Position numbers and translations under genes: made by a program. A stretch of DNA of 63,466 nt, filler included, from Folioceros fuciformis (Eukaryota), in the NCBI GenBank assembly GCA_049999805.1. It is 11 parts of 11 records of this genome, joined end to end, with 100 filler letters (N's around TTAATTAATTAA, not from the genome) between each part and the next. Parts side by side here need not be neighbours in the genome. Positions count along the whole stretch, not along the records: positions 1 to 6,800 come from JBNGIO010001180.1; positions 6,901 to 19,672 come from JBNGIO010001184.1; 9 more parts are not named here. One strand, given 5' to 3'. The notes under the pieces are model-generated. The model searched no databases. It was not told the DNA's origin and saw nothing but the letters and a program-made list of their open reading frames with translations. Positions 1-12,807 of this stretch are shown here, in pieces (position 1 is the stretch's first letter; each line of letters opens with the position of its first letter).

Positions 1-1385
1 GTGGAGAGGTGTGTTGCCGATTTTGTGCCGGCCACAGGGGGATTCTACCGCACTTTCTCTTGGTTGAAGCATGCTTTTCTTTGAGATTTGGAAAGCATGC
101 CAGAATGCAACATGGATGAGGTGATGGTGGTTCTGATTTACAACGGATTTTTAGGTACCTGCATGAGCCGAAAATCGAGTCGTTACGACGTGCCGGGTTA
201 AAACGCACAAGATGCCACATACTGAATCTGGAACCTGTCAGAGAGCCACATGTGTAGCTCGAGGGAGCGTGTACAGGGACTCAGTCTCCAAGAGGGTACA
301 TAAATGATACATGTAAAAGCAAAAAAAGTTCCTCGAGATGTGTTACCTGAATCAAAAAACCTACCTGTCAGGAACAGCATGCTGACCTTTCCTGACATAC
401 GATCCTTGGCTCGGGGCGCCTGCAGGGCCCTGCCAAATCTGCCCGACGACTGCATGAGGCAGCTAGGCTGCCTTTCCTGCAGCAGGCCATGTGTTCCTGA
501 CCCGCATACTTCCATCACGCACGCACTCCCTTCCGTTGCTGGCCTCCATAATCGCGTGTGGACGGCCAGCGAGTCGCCGGCAAGATTCCTGGTTGAGCAC
601 TGAAAATAGAAGAATACATACCAAGGTCTGGAAGCCAACGTCTCTCCGAGTACAGTTCGCTCGCCTTCGTGGCCTCTCAGCTCCTGCCTCTAACCACAGC
701 AGTTATGTTTGCGGGGCGTGGTAAAGCGCAACTTGTTGCTCTCTCCGCTCATCACAGAATGAAGATGACTCACAACAACGAGTCATCCATGACTGCTGGA
801 AATGCACTATCGCAAAGACAGGAGACATCGAGGTATGATGAGTCTCTCATGGGCCACAGCCAGCCAGCTAGCCAGCCAGCCAGCACATGTCACCTGCAGT
901 CCTTGAAAAGCCGTGAACTGGTACCACTGACGCTGTAGAAACGTGGAGTGTGTACCTTCGAGACACAACAGCCGCTGCTGTGTAGACAGACAAGGCACTG
1001 TGTTTGCTGTACCAGGCACCTCATGTGATCGCACTGTCGTGGAAGCGTTGTGGAACCCAGCAAGGAGCGCAGAAGCAAGAAGAGTCACTTGTAGGTGTGT
1101 GCCGATCTTGGATCTTACAGGGCTTTACTACAGAAAACAACCGTGAATCGATTACACAAACTCTTTCACACGTGAAGGACGAGCTTTCCTTGCAAGGCAT
1201 ATGACAGTCCTGGGGAATTGCTAAACTCCCAAGCTTCATGCGCAAGTTGAGGCAGCTACCCAGCAAAAACGCGGGCAGGCATCGGTTTCAATCCCATGTG
1301 CTTCACAGACCTAACCCAACCAAACCCAAGCTGGCAGATGTAGTAGGCTCAGCTACCAGCCAGCCAGCAAACAGCATTTGCTACG

Positions 1386-2093
1386 TTACAAGTCGACACG
1401 CACGCAAGAGAAGTCTAAACCCTCGAATGCAGTCCTGCCAAACTTGCCCCTGACAGCATTGAGCACCGTCTTGAAGCCGGCGTAAACAGTGAAGAAAGCG
1501 GAGAGGGAGAGGCAATCCAGGGGAGTGAGGCCAGCAGGCACGCAGGCAGTGCGGCCAGCAGGCCCGCGGGCAGTGCGGCTAGCAGGCCCGCGGGCAGTCC
1601 GGCCAGCAGGCCCGCGGGTAGTCCGGCCAGCAGGCCCGGAGGCAGAGCCAACGGATGAGGTCCTGGAGCGTGCATTAGCAGGAGCAGCGGGCCTGCCCAG
1701 CCTCATGGACGTGGGAGCGAGGTTGGTAGAGGGCCTGTGCTGCGTGCAGATGAGCTTGTTGTCGACCACACCATCGTCCACAAACCGGACGCAACCACGA
1801 ACCCGCCACACTCCAGTGTGGCCATACGGCAGATGACGGCCCAGAATGACCGCGTCCAGCGGGTCGCCGTCGGGAGCAGGCACATCCGGCACGGAGCCGT
1901 AGTTGAAGGGGGACGGCAGGGGCGTGATGAAATCCACGCTGCCGTCGGGTCGCCTTTTCACGAAGCTGCCCTGCGGCACCTCAACCACCACGGTCACATA
2001 CTTGGGTAGCGCGTCCGCCTTGGGCTGGTGTTCGGAGGATGATGAACCTGGTCGCATGCTGCGTGAGAATGTGGCGAATAATGGAAGTGCCAT
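1386..2093 (-). CDS. Short, bacterial-type family I soluble inorganic pyrophosphatase-like protein, intronless
   Basis: ORF with VVVEVPQGSFVKR, PFNYGSVP, DGDPLDAVILG (family I PPase D-x-D-P-L-D metal-binding signature) and VDDGVVDNKLIC. First ATG at 2093, alternative ATG at 2057. No introns in the CDS. Confidence 0.8.
   Translation of the reverse strand: MALPLFATFSRSMRPGSSSSEHQPKADALPKYVTVVVEVPQGSFVKRRPDGSVDFITPLPSPFNYGSVPDVPAPDGDPLDAVILGRHLPYGHTGVWRVRGCVRFVDDGVVDNKLICTQHRPSTNLAPTSMRLGRPAAPANARSRTSSVGSASGPAGRTTRGPAGRTARGPASRTARGPAGRTACVPAGLTPLDCLSLSAFFTVYAGFKTVLNAVRGKFGRTAFEGLDFSCVRVDL
1528..1646. repeat. 24-bp minisatellite, ~4.5 copies, in frame inside the PPase CDS
   Basis: Unit ~GCAGTGCGGCCAGCAGGCCCGCGG; on the - strand it encodes repeated (A/T)RGPAGRT. 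Confidence 0.9.
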
Positions 2094-3005
2094 CCACTCG
2101 GCACTCGGCCCCGCCTGTGCCCTGATTCCTGGCCCGCTCACACCGTCATCATCCTCAACTCCACCGCCATTCGCATTCCCTCGACCTTGCTGCTTATCTT
2201 CTTGGAGATGCCAAACTCACTGCACCCTGCACCCTGCGCCCTGCGCCGTGCCGGGCCGGGCCGAGCCGGGCCAGAGCGCATTCACATTTGCGAGAAACAG
2301 CGTGGAACGGCCTTCCAAGATGTTTTTGCCAGGGCTCGCCCCCCCGTACTAGTGCCTAGTAGACCACATGGCTCGCTCTCCCACAAATTTCAGGGCATTT
2401 TTCGACGAGCCTGGCAACAAGCAGCCGCTTCTAGCAGCACGCTCCCAAATGATCGAGAGAAGCATCCAACAGTCGGGAGACAGATTTTCTTTCGTTTTAT
2501 CTTTGGCACACTTACGCACAAGGAGAAGATTCTGATTTGAGACATCGTTGCCTGCTGCCCAGTGCACATTTCAATGAAAAGAGAACTTTCCACATGTTTC
2601 CATGCGGAGAGCTGCGTCTCGGTTAACAAAACTCATAACGAGGTTCACATTAAGGAGCGTGTAGCTGCAGTTCCAGGGTGGTCATAGCAAAATGTCCACT
2701 AACATCAAGCCTTTTTTGTTCCGGGTACTGACTTCCCCTGGATAATATGAGTCGCTTACAACAACCAACATTTCGCTATGACCACTTCCATCTACCTATC
2801 ATATCTACAAGACTCTTTGTTTGCCTAGCTAGCTAGCTGGCTATAAGCTAGCCTAGCCTGTTTGAGACCCACCGTCCGTATCTGTATCTGTATCTCTATC
2901 CGTGTCTGTGCTTCCATCCCATGCCCTGAAATCCACGACTTCACCACAAAGCCTGGATGTGAGTTGTGTGTGTGCAACACTTGTAGAACCATCCATCAAA
3001 ATTCC

Positions 3006-5050
3006 TCACGACATGTACACCTGCACACTTGCATTCTTGAGCGAGCCGCACACAGGGCATGTGTCAAGGCGGCCCTCACAGTCCTTGCAGAGGCAAAGGT
3101 GTCGGCAGGGCAGGAGCAGAATGGACACCTCGTTGTTTCGGCAGATCCTGCACGACCTCTGCTCCTTGAGTTGTCTGTTTTCCCTGTAAGCCCGGGCCTG
3201 GGCATCCGCCAGGTCATCGTGATGGGAAGATGCAGCATCATCCACTTCACTATCACCGCACCCTTCCTTGCTAAGATCTTCCCTACTGAAGTGCCCCGCT
3301 TGGTGAAGATTAGTCCTCAAGGCAGTCACGATGGCCTCGTTATTCTTGGCCTTGCTCTGCCAGAGATGGGCCTCCATGCTTAGCTGCCTCACATGCTCCT
3401 CCAACTCCAAGTTTCTGCGCTTCACTTTCTCCACTTCCAGATCCTTTTCCCGTAATCTCCGAGACACGCCCTCTTCGACGGAAGCGATCAAGGACCTGGC
3501 ATGTCTTTGCCGTTTCTCTTCCAGCGCCTGCCTCATTTGCTCTCCCTGTTGAACAAGAAAAGGCACGGGTAGGGTGAGTCACAGAGACAAAACGCAGGCA
3601 GCCTGTGACCAAAAAGAGGTGCGCAGGACACATACAGAGGGAGAATATGTACCTGAGCTTTCATGTACTGATCAATCTCGTCGCGATGCTGCTGATTTTG
3701 AACATTGAGGGCATCCCCGACCACGGCTAGAAGAGCTGCCGACACATCAATTCTTCCGCTGGTGGAAGGCGGCGGAGCTGGCTTGAGACTTGCTTCCTCA
3801 AATGCAAGGCGGAGGCCCGTTGAGACGGCAGACGGAGGAGGAGGCATGGGATTGGCAGCCTGCTGCTGCTGCTGCTGCTGCTGAGCGTGCATGAAATCCG
3901 CCGGCACCAGGAGTTGATGCTGTGGGCGATGCTGCGGTTGATGATGAGGATGGCGTGAGTTGGTGTTGCCGGGATCATCCGCCTCTCGGGCTCTTTTCCT
4001 GTTGGACCCCAGCAGGTTGCATGCCAGATCATTGCCGCTATCAATGAAGAGCGAAGCCGCATTGAGAGGAGGCTGGCCGCTGAGATGCGCGGGAGCCACT
4101 GCGCAGAGAGGGACGTGAAGCGTGAGCGTGAGAAGCAGAAGCAAGATGAAGTTGTTACACCCGGCAGCGCCGAATTGCAAGCGCGCTGACCTAATTCGCA
4201 ACAACATCCAATTCACCACACTCCACACATCTCCAGAGATCCATCTGGTGCTCTCCCACCATCTGCACTGCGCTACACTAGAGCACACAGCACTGCAGTA
4301 CAGAATTCACGAACCAAGGCGGAGAATTGGCACTCACATGGCGCGAAGAGGCGAAGAGAGTTGGGGCCCGGCGCCTGCTGCGGCGTGGCCTGGAACTCGT
4401 CGAGGAAGGCGAGAGGCGAAGGCGCCATAATGTTGCGGTTGTCACCGCCAATTGCCTGCCGCATCCTGGAGAGCAAAACAAGACGGAGGATTGGTAGGCC
4501 GCGGCGCAGAGCAGTACAGGGCGGAAGGGGGTGGAGGGCGGGGGGAGATGTGGAGCAGAGCAGAGCAGGGCAGGGCAGGCCGTCACGCAATCCGCAAGCG
4601 CGGCATTCCCACACAGCAGTCACACGTTTCTTGATTTCTCAGCGTACTGTTCCACCAGCATCGACAGTGGGCGCGTCCGGCGCGCTGCCAGATCCGCCGC
4701 TACGCCCCGTTGCATGCAACCGAAACATCCGGAGCGCGCAGAGAAACCGCGCAGCACATCGCAGCAGAAAGCAGGGACCGCGAGGGCGCAATCAAAATCC
4801 CCCGCAACACCACACGCACCACACCACACCACACAACACCACACCGCACCGCACCGCACAACACCGCCCCACCCCACACACGACACACGGAAGCAGCAGG
4901 ACGCAAGACAGACACAATGATGCATGAGAATTTGCAATTCCCGCAACCCGGGCGACGCAATTCCGGTAGCAGAATTGAGAAGAAGGCGACGCACCTAGTG
5001 CGCAGATCCGGGAGCAGCACGTTGGAGGGATACTGCGCCTGCACTGCCAT
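3006..5050 (-). CDS. BOI-related (SBP/BRG family) RING-HC E3 ubiquitin ligase; exons 5050-4995, 4465-4338, 4098-3653, 3545-3006
   Basis: N-terminus MAVQAQYPSN, VSTGLRLAF motif, coiled coil (EEKRQRHARSL...ELEEHVRQL), C-terminal RING CRIC...LLPCRHLCLCKDC...CPVC. All GT-AG junctions keep the frame. Confidence 0.93.
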
Positions 5051-6496
5051 GTCTTCTTGACTTGGAACCCGTAACGGATCCCGGGCCGGAGCGCGCGAGG
5101 AAGACGCCGGCAAAGAAGGTTGCAGGAGGAGGCGGTGCGCGAGGGCCAAGAAGGGAGGAGGCGGGGCAGGCGCGGCGGAGGGGGAGGAGGAGGAATGAGG
5201 AAGATGGCCAGAGCAAAGCAAGAGGAACGGTGAAGGATGCTGGTGAAGGCGGGGGAAGAAGAAACAGAGGCACAAGAAGAAGAAGAGGAAGAAGGAGAAG
5301 AAGATTGAGGTTGGTGGTTGCTGTCCTTGGCACAAAGCAGCAACGAGCGCATTGAGGCAAGGAGGGTGCGAGCTTCCTCCTCTTTCCGCTTCCCAGTCTG
5401 CGTTGGCGTCGTCTCTCCTTGAGACGACGACGAGGGCGCAGGAGAGGGGCTTTGATGTGGAGAGGGCAGGCAGGCAGGCAATCCGCTGAGCAGCGTGTCA
5501 CGCCTGGTGATGTCGCCTGGCGGCCTGCTACTCTCCTTCCTTCCTTCCTGTCTGGCACAGCCGCAGGCGGCAGACTCTGTTTGCCTTGGCCTGGCTCGGC
5601 CTGGCCTGGCCCGGCTTGCCTTTGGCTTTGGCTTTGGCTTTGGCTTTGCGTTTGCCTTTCCTTGGCTTGCGTTGCGTTGCGTCGTGACTTGGCTTTGCTT
5701 TGCTTTGAGTTTCTGCGTTGGGTATGCGTGGCAGAGAGGAGAGGCGGTAGGCCGGGGTGGCCCTCCCCCGGTGCCGCTGGACGCTGGATGCTGCTGGATG
5801 CTGGACGCTGGTGCTGTGTGCGGAAGAGTGCACTATTATTGTAATAATTATTGGCGGATGCAGCGGTATGCTATTTTTATTCTCCTCCATTTCCGTGCGG
5901 GATCGGGTGGTCTGCCACTTGCCGCGCCCGGCCGGGCCAGCGACCAGCCTGCGCTTTTCTTTTGTGGGGAAACGCGGAAGAGCAACAGGAACATGCAAAC
6001 CAGAACAGGACCCGGACCCGGAACAGGAACAGGAACCGGAACCGGAGCAGCAACGACGGAGTTGTAAGGGCGGGCGAGGCGAGGCGAGTCCGGCCGGGCC
6101 CAGCCGCGGATCGCGCGTCTCAGCCTGAGTCTTCATCCTCCTGCCAATCCCGCATCGCATCGTGGCGTCATGTTTTCCTGAGCGCATGACAACCCTTGTC
6201 CACAATTAATGACCTCGTCCGAATAGGCTAAGAGCTGGGCTGGGCTGGGCAGAGCTGGGCTGGGCTGGACTGGGCCAGGTGTGACTCCGTCCACCTCCAT
6301 CGCTGGGCCCTCCCGGGCCCCGACGACAAACAAACTCACTCCCCTTGTCTCTCTCTCTTGTGTGTGTGTGTGTTTGTGTCCTTGGTTTAGGACATGAGCT
6401 TCAGTTCTTAGGTGGAGGTGCGTACGAGGCAGGCATGTGAAAGTTGGAGCAAATGCGGAATATTGCGTAAATGGTGCGGGCGGCTTATCCCGTTTC

Positions 6497-6574
6497 GGGC
6501 GTGACGATGCAGAGTTTTTGGTTAGCCGGTCGCGTGGCGTGCGCGCGGCGTGGGTTCGAATCCCGCCACTGCCG
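6497..6574 (+). pseudogene. Degenerate tRNA-like (Ser/Leu-type) fragment with intact B box
   Basis: T arm GTGGG-TTCGAAT-CCCGC, long variable-arm hairpin and an acceptor-like 3' end CACTGCCG. D and anticodon arms are not recognisable. Confidence 0.4.
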
Positions 6575-6800
6575 GCAGGCCCTCCCAACCCCTCACTCCG
6601 CGCTTGATGTCACACGCAAAGCCGAGCAGGGGCAGCCTTGACCTGACCGAGAAAGAGCCAAGCCACACAATGGCGGGGCCCGCCCCAGCCGTGCAGCAAC
6701 TACTACTAGCCGCTCCGGAAAAGAGTCGATCGAGAAAGAAAACAAAAGAAAAGGAGAGTTTGGTTTGTTTAAGTAGGGGAGAGTTAAGTTAGAGGGAAAG

Positions 6801-6900
6801 NNNNNNNNNNNNNNNNNNNNNNNNNNNNNNNNNNNNNNNNNNNNTTAATTAATTAANNNNNNNNNNNNNNNNNNNNNNNNNNNNNNNNNNNNNNNNNNNN
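6801..6900. other. Artificial scaffold linker N44-TTAATTAATTAA-N44; also at ~19673, 24400, 32820, 36989, 40039, 46022, 54862, 57202, 59884
   Basis: Identical 100-bp N-padded spacer with stops in all six frames occurs ten times. Confidence 0.97.
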
Positions 6901-6908
6901 GCCTGCAG

Positions 6909-8491
6909 ATGCTGCTGGGTGCCCGCATCCCGAGATCGCCCTCTCTAGCCACTGACACCGGCAGGCAGAACTTGGTGAAGGTGGAGACTGATGTTCCCGC
7001 AAACCGTTCCGTTCACGGTGAGTTCCTCTCTATCGCGTTTTAGTCCTGGGTTGAAGAAGGCGAACGTGTCCTTCGCGGGTTCATATCCTTCAGCCTCCCT
7101 GATGCTGCTGGTGAATGCTGAGCAATTTCCTGAATCATCACTCCGCAGAAGCCACGGCTGCCAGGAGCGACCACGTCGTGAGTACAGCTGATGAGGAGGT
7201 CTTCGTGTGCGATCGATCAAATTACAGGGCAGATGTGTGCTACATCCGAGGAGATGTCCGTGTCCGAGGAGACTCCGGAACCATTACGCTGCACAAGAGA
7301 ATGGAAGGCACAGGGGTTGAAGGAAAGGAAACCATCCAGCCCATAACAAGGAAGTGGGAAAGAAGCACGATGCTGGGCGTTAAGAACATCACCCTTTACT
7401 CTGTGCCGGCATCGACCGCCGTTGAGTACAAGTGCGATGTCCGCCACACCAAGCCGGCCATCGTCTTCTCCACAGCTGGGTTCACAGGGAATGTCTATCA
7501 CGACTTCAACGATGTGCTCATCCCTCTCTTCATCACTGGCCAGCACCATAAAGGGGAGGTCGTGTTCGTGGTGTCCGACTACCGGGGCTGGTGGTGGGCC
7601 AGGTATATCAGGCTCCTCAAACAGCTCTCAGGGTACAAAAGGATTGTCTTGCAGACCCAGCGCAAGACCCATTGCTTCCCGGAAGCCACTGTTGGGCTCC
7701 ACATCCACGGGGAACTCACTGTCGACCCAATGCGCATGCCTAACGGCGAGACCATCAAGGACTTCCAGATGCTCCTGGCTAAGGCTTACGACGACCGCAG
7801 CGTAGGCAGCAGCAGCAGTGGAAAGGGCAGACTGATCAAGGGGACCTCAATGCCCTCACAGCAGGTGAGGCATAAGGGGGGGAGCCCCCTCCCAGACCTA
7901 GAAGAAGACACCACGTACGAGGGCAGGGGCCAAGACCCTGGACTGACAACATCATCGCTGGAACCAAGAGGGAAGCCCCGGCTGGTACTCATCCTACGCC
8001 ATGGCTCCCGACTCCTGCTCAACCAGAACAGGGTGGTGAAAATGGCGCAAGATCTAGGCTTCGAGGTGAAGAAGCTCGCCCCTGGATGGTACATGGATTT
8101 GAGGAGAATGTACCAGATGATGCACTCAGCAGATGTAGTGATGGGAGTGCACGGAGCTGCTCTCACTCATCTTCTCTTCATGAGACCCGGCACCGTCTTC
8201 ATTCAGATTGTGCCCATGGGAACAGCCTTGCCCGCCTCACAGTACTACGGGGAGCCAGCTGTGAAGTGCGGGCTGCAATACCTGGAGTACAGGATCACTG
8301 CTCTAGAGAGCTCTTTGATAGAAAAGTACGCCAAGGACCACCCTGTTCTCGCAGACCCTGCTTCCATCGTCGGCCTCGGCTGGGACAAGGTGAAGGAAGT
8401 GTACCTGGATCACCAAAATGTTCGCCCTGACATCAGGCACCTCAGGGCCTTGTTGCTTCACGCCAAGAACATCCTTCCCCTTTCCCTTTAA
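6909..8491 (+). CDS. Glycosyltransferase family 61 (xylan arabinosyl/xylosyltransferase-like), 5' end lost in gap; probable exons ~6909-7017 and ~7149-8491
   Basis: CDRSNYRADVC, ETIQPITRKWE, FSTAGFTGNVYHDFNDVLIPLFIT, MGVHGAALTHLLFMRPG and YLDHQNV are GT61 motifs. Confidence 0.9.
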
Positions 8492-8836
8492 CACAATGAT
8501 TCAAACCACACACAAGTAAAATAAAAATAAAGGGATGGCTGACCACCCCAAAAGAAAGTCTCCAACTTTACAACTACAATCCATAAGGCGCAATGATCCG
8601 GATTAATCCTTCACAGTCGGTCTGAAACAATAAAAGAGCGCAAGACAAACCTTACACATCATCCTCTTGCTCAGTTACCAAGATAACGCTACCTCGATGT
8701 CTAAAGACTCCCCTATGATCTGATCAGGAATTCCAAGCACACACAATTCACATGCCCACACAATTTCATTCGACTGCGGACATTTCATGACGGCGTTTCT
8801 GCACTGTAAGCCCAAAGAACCCACCCAAGATGACTA

Positions 8837-9448
8837 TCATTGAGACTGCAAAGCTCGTTCCACCGACTTGCAAGCATCCTTGAGCCGAGCAACGAGGTCT
8901 TGGAGCTCTTCCACAGAGCAGGCAAAATTCACCTTCTTGACTCCTCTTTCCACCGGATCCTGTGTGTTCAAGGACACGTGATACACAAGTTCCCTGACCC
9001 CTCTGTCCTCCGACGAAGACACGCAGTAATCAAGCCTCCAGTCTGCTCCCAGAAGCTGGGGTACAGAGCTCCGGTTAGCCGTGTGCGACACGAAACTTCT
9101 CAGACCTTCCTTCCTGTCCGCGAACAGCTGAAGAAACATCGCCCCACGGCTCTCAGAGAAACCGCACTCGCTTCTCAGAAAAGACGTCAGCTCTGCATCC
9201 GACAGATCCGATTTCGCAGCTTCCAGGAACATGCACACCAGGGCATTGTACGTGTTGGTGAGGAAGTGCTGCTCCATCTCGATCCCCGCCAAAGCAGTTT
9301 CCTCCTCCTCCACGCCCGTCACCACCGCCAAGACCGCCATCGCCACGGCCTGGATCTGTTCGCTGCTGGCATCGTTGCTGGCTATCAGAGCTGCCAACGC
9401 TTCCTCCCCAATCTCCACGACCGGCGAGGCAGATGCCGTCTTCCCCAT
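8837..9448 (-). CDS. COMMD3: COMM domain-containing protein, COMMD3-like, intronless
   Basis: C-terminal COMM domain PQLLGADWRLDY...YHVSL...VNFACSVEELQDLVARLKDACKSVERA closely parallels animal COMMD3 as recalled (DVSWRLEY...ISFSCSMEQLQDLVGKLKDASKSLERA). N-terminal FLEAAK...SECGFSESR also matches. ATG at 9448. Confidence 0.85.
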   Translation of the reverse strand: MGKTASASPVVEIGEEALAALIASNDASSEQIQAVAMAVLAVVTGVEEEETALAGIEMEQHFLTNTYNALVCMFLEAAKSDLSDAELTSFLRSECGFSESRGAMFLQLFADRKEGLRSFVSHTANRSSVPQLLGADWRLDYCVSSSEDRGVRELVYHVSLNTQDPVERGVKKVNFACSVEELQDLVARLKDACKSVERALQSQ

Positions 9449-10243
9449 CTTCCCTGCTCTCCGCGCTTGACTCACGCCTTGACCGCAGGCTCCCGTAGCG
9501 CCGAGTTAAGCTTACCACGGTTGGTGGAACGTGATTACCCTGCATTTCGTAACCCGAGAACCTTCACGGAAGCTAACCGCACGCGGTTCGAACCTGATTC
9601 TCCGGTCGTTCATTACCCGCCCTACAGCGAGCCCATTCTTACTGAGGCAGCACAGTCTGCAGTCTCTGCGCGCTCTGACGCTGTGACTGATTGCTCTCCC
9701 GTCATCACTCTCTCATTCTTGCGGTGAGCTGCCCTGCCTGTGGCCGCCATTTTTCCGTCCCTCTGTTGCCGTGTGTAGGTGCGGTTTTCGGTTCATCGGC
9801 TTGTGAGGTGTTTGCGAAAAATGGTCCAGGAATGCGTGATGGTGTTTTGGTTGCTTGCTAGGTTTGTGTGTGTTGGATTGAGTCAGCCCAACGTCATTCA
9901 GCTGTTTGTATGAGCTGGAGTATCCGTCGGTTTCTCAGATCAGCTGCTGAGACCCAGGGATTTAGTTCGGAAGCTGGAGTCTTCTTAGCAGCTGAAAGGC
10001 CGCAGTGTAGACGCGCATGCCGTAGTTGTGCCTCTGATGCGGGCTTACCTCCCTTGGGACCCGGGAGCTGAAGGTGTCTTTTATTTCGGTGTGGAAGTCT
10101 AGATCTGCTTGTATCTTGGGAGCAGCAGTCGTTCGGATCCTCAGTCTCTATCCGCTGGTTGCAGATCCTTGTCTGGATTTTCGTTGCTCTAAGCATTCTG
10201 CGCTGTTGCTTCATGATGTGCAAGGGCTGGAGCGTGCTCGTAG

Positions 10244-11190
<947 letters not shown>

Positions 11191-11749
11191 AAGTTAACGA
11201 CAAAAGGAAGCAGCTGGTAGGTCTTGATTTGTGTGGTTGACATGTCTCACCCACTGCCCATCTGAAGGTCGTTTCGCGGGGTTCCTACCCAATCAATCCT
11301 GATTAGATCATTGGTTCAGGCTGTGATGGGACCATGTTGGATGGAACGAGAGTGAGGCTCCTCAAGTTGACTGTTTGGGCAGACGGGCGTACTAGCGCCA
11401 TTGTTGAGAAGTGATCAGAACCTGCTCTGTTTCAGCGTATCTGTTGAAGCCACGTGGACCATCACATCGGGACGTCTGCCTATGTTTTCTTTTTTGCGGA
11501 ATTACAACCAAGTTGGTTAATATGTAGAGTATGCGCAGAACATTTATTAGTTTGATTCGGGTCATATATTAGCCGTGGGCAGGTTTATTGCCCAATTCAC
11601 TCAATAACTTTCATCCTGGAATGTCTGTTCTGATCGTTTCTGCATATGGTTAAACAGAAGGTTGGTTTGATTTCATGTACTCGCGTTTTTTGCATTTCAT
11701 CTGGGAACAACGCGTTTCACAAAAGGTTCTTGGTCACTTTCTTTCGGAT

Positions 11750-12807
11750 CTAAGCCACAGGGTCCTCGAGAATTGGGTTCACCGGATTATTGATGTGGGG
11801 ATACGTTGCTTTCTCGTCGAGTTGAGTTTGGGCCCAGAGTAGCATCTTTAAAAAACTTGGCAGCTTGGGATCTGCTCTCGCATAACAAAAACGACCTTAG
11901 CTGCTCATTGAGCCAACATTACGTACGACCACACGGTGAGCATGCAAACACAAAAATGTGGTAAATGAACCCCATAACCTTTTTCGTGGCTTTGGCTCGT
12001 GAGTATTGCAGCATTCAGTTCACTGGCTGTTTTCTGGCGTTGAGACACATCCAGCAAATCTTTCACGGGGCAACTTGCGGTGTCCTCAAACGCCAGAAGT
12101 GCTACGGTCCTTTCCAACTCCTCCAGAAAGGCATGCTGTGAACGTCCCCACAGTCCAAACTCAAACGCGCGAAACACTTAAATCCAACTCGAAGTGAGCA
12201 TGAGAGCAGCTTACATTCTCTTCTCCCCGTGGTGCAAGTTCTTCTTGAGCAAACTCGAGAGCCTCTTCAACTTTGCCATTACGGATGAGTTCGATCAAAT
12301 GCTGCTGCTGAAGATGGAAAAATAGCTGGGGATTTGTGTCCAAAATCTGCAACACAGACAGGCAGTATGAATTCAATTACCTTGGTACAGAGCTACTGAC
12401 GGCACTGGGAAAGAAATGTTCATAGCGGGTGTAAGAAGTTCCCACACAAACCTCTGGATTCAAGTCGTTCACCCTCTCAATTGCATCCTCGACATTGCCA
12501 CACTGTACAGCCTTCCGAACTGCCATCCGATCAGTTATCGTTCCCAGATCTATGTCTGCTGTGCATTTGTCAGGGTCATTCAGACAAGGACAAACGAGAG
12601 GCATCTGTCATACTGCGGACAGAACATACTCAGGAGTTTCAGGATACGTTCTGTTCCAGACTCAAGCTGGAACTTCTCTGCAGCTTCAACGTAACCCTCT
12701 GTCACAAGAAAGTTCATGACCAGCTTATTCATATCTTCTTTGCGTATCCTTACATCATTCAGCTTCATTTCCCACTCATTCCTGGTGATGACTTTCTTTG
12801 AGGACAA
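11750..12807 (-). CDS. GID8: GID8/TWA1 homolog (LisH-CTLH-CRA subunit of the CTLH E3 complex); start exon upstream not resolved
   Basis: [11 protein letters not shown]...[23 protein letters not shown] (LisH), [10 protein letters not shown]...[19 protein letters not shown] (CTLH), [27 protein letters not shown]. Five coding exons visible. Confidence 0.92.

Noticed and set aside
1-200. 3' end of a plus-strand gene (WRGVLPILCRP.../TCMSRKSSRYDVPG)
   Set aside because: Too short, weak donor site, no family recognised.
6801-6900. Recurrent TTAATTAATTAA motif as a biological repeat
   Set aside because: Always centred in N runs; it is an artificial six-frame-stop linker.
8840-9727. 295-aa plus-strand ORF
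   Set aside because: Antisense shadow of COMMD3 with no recognisable motifs.
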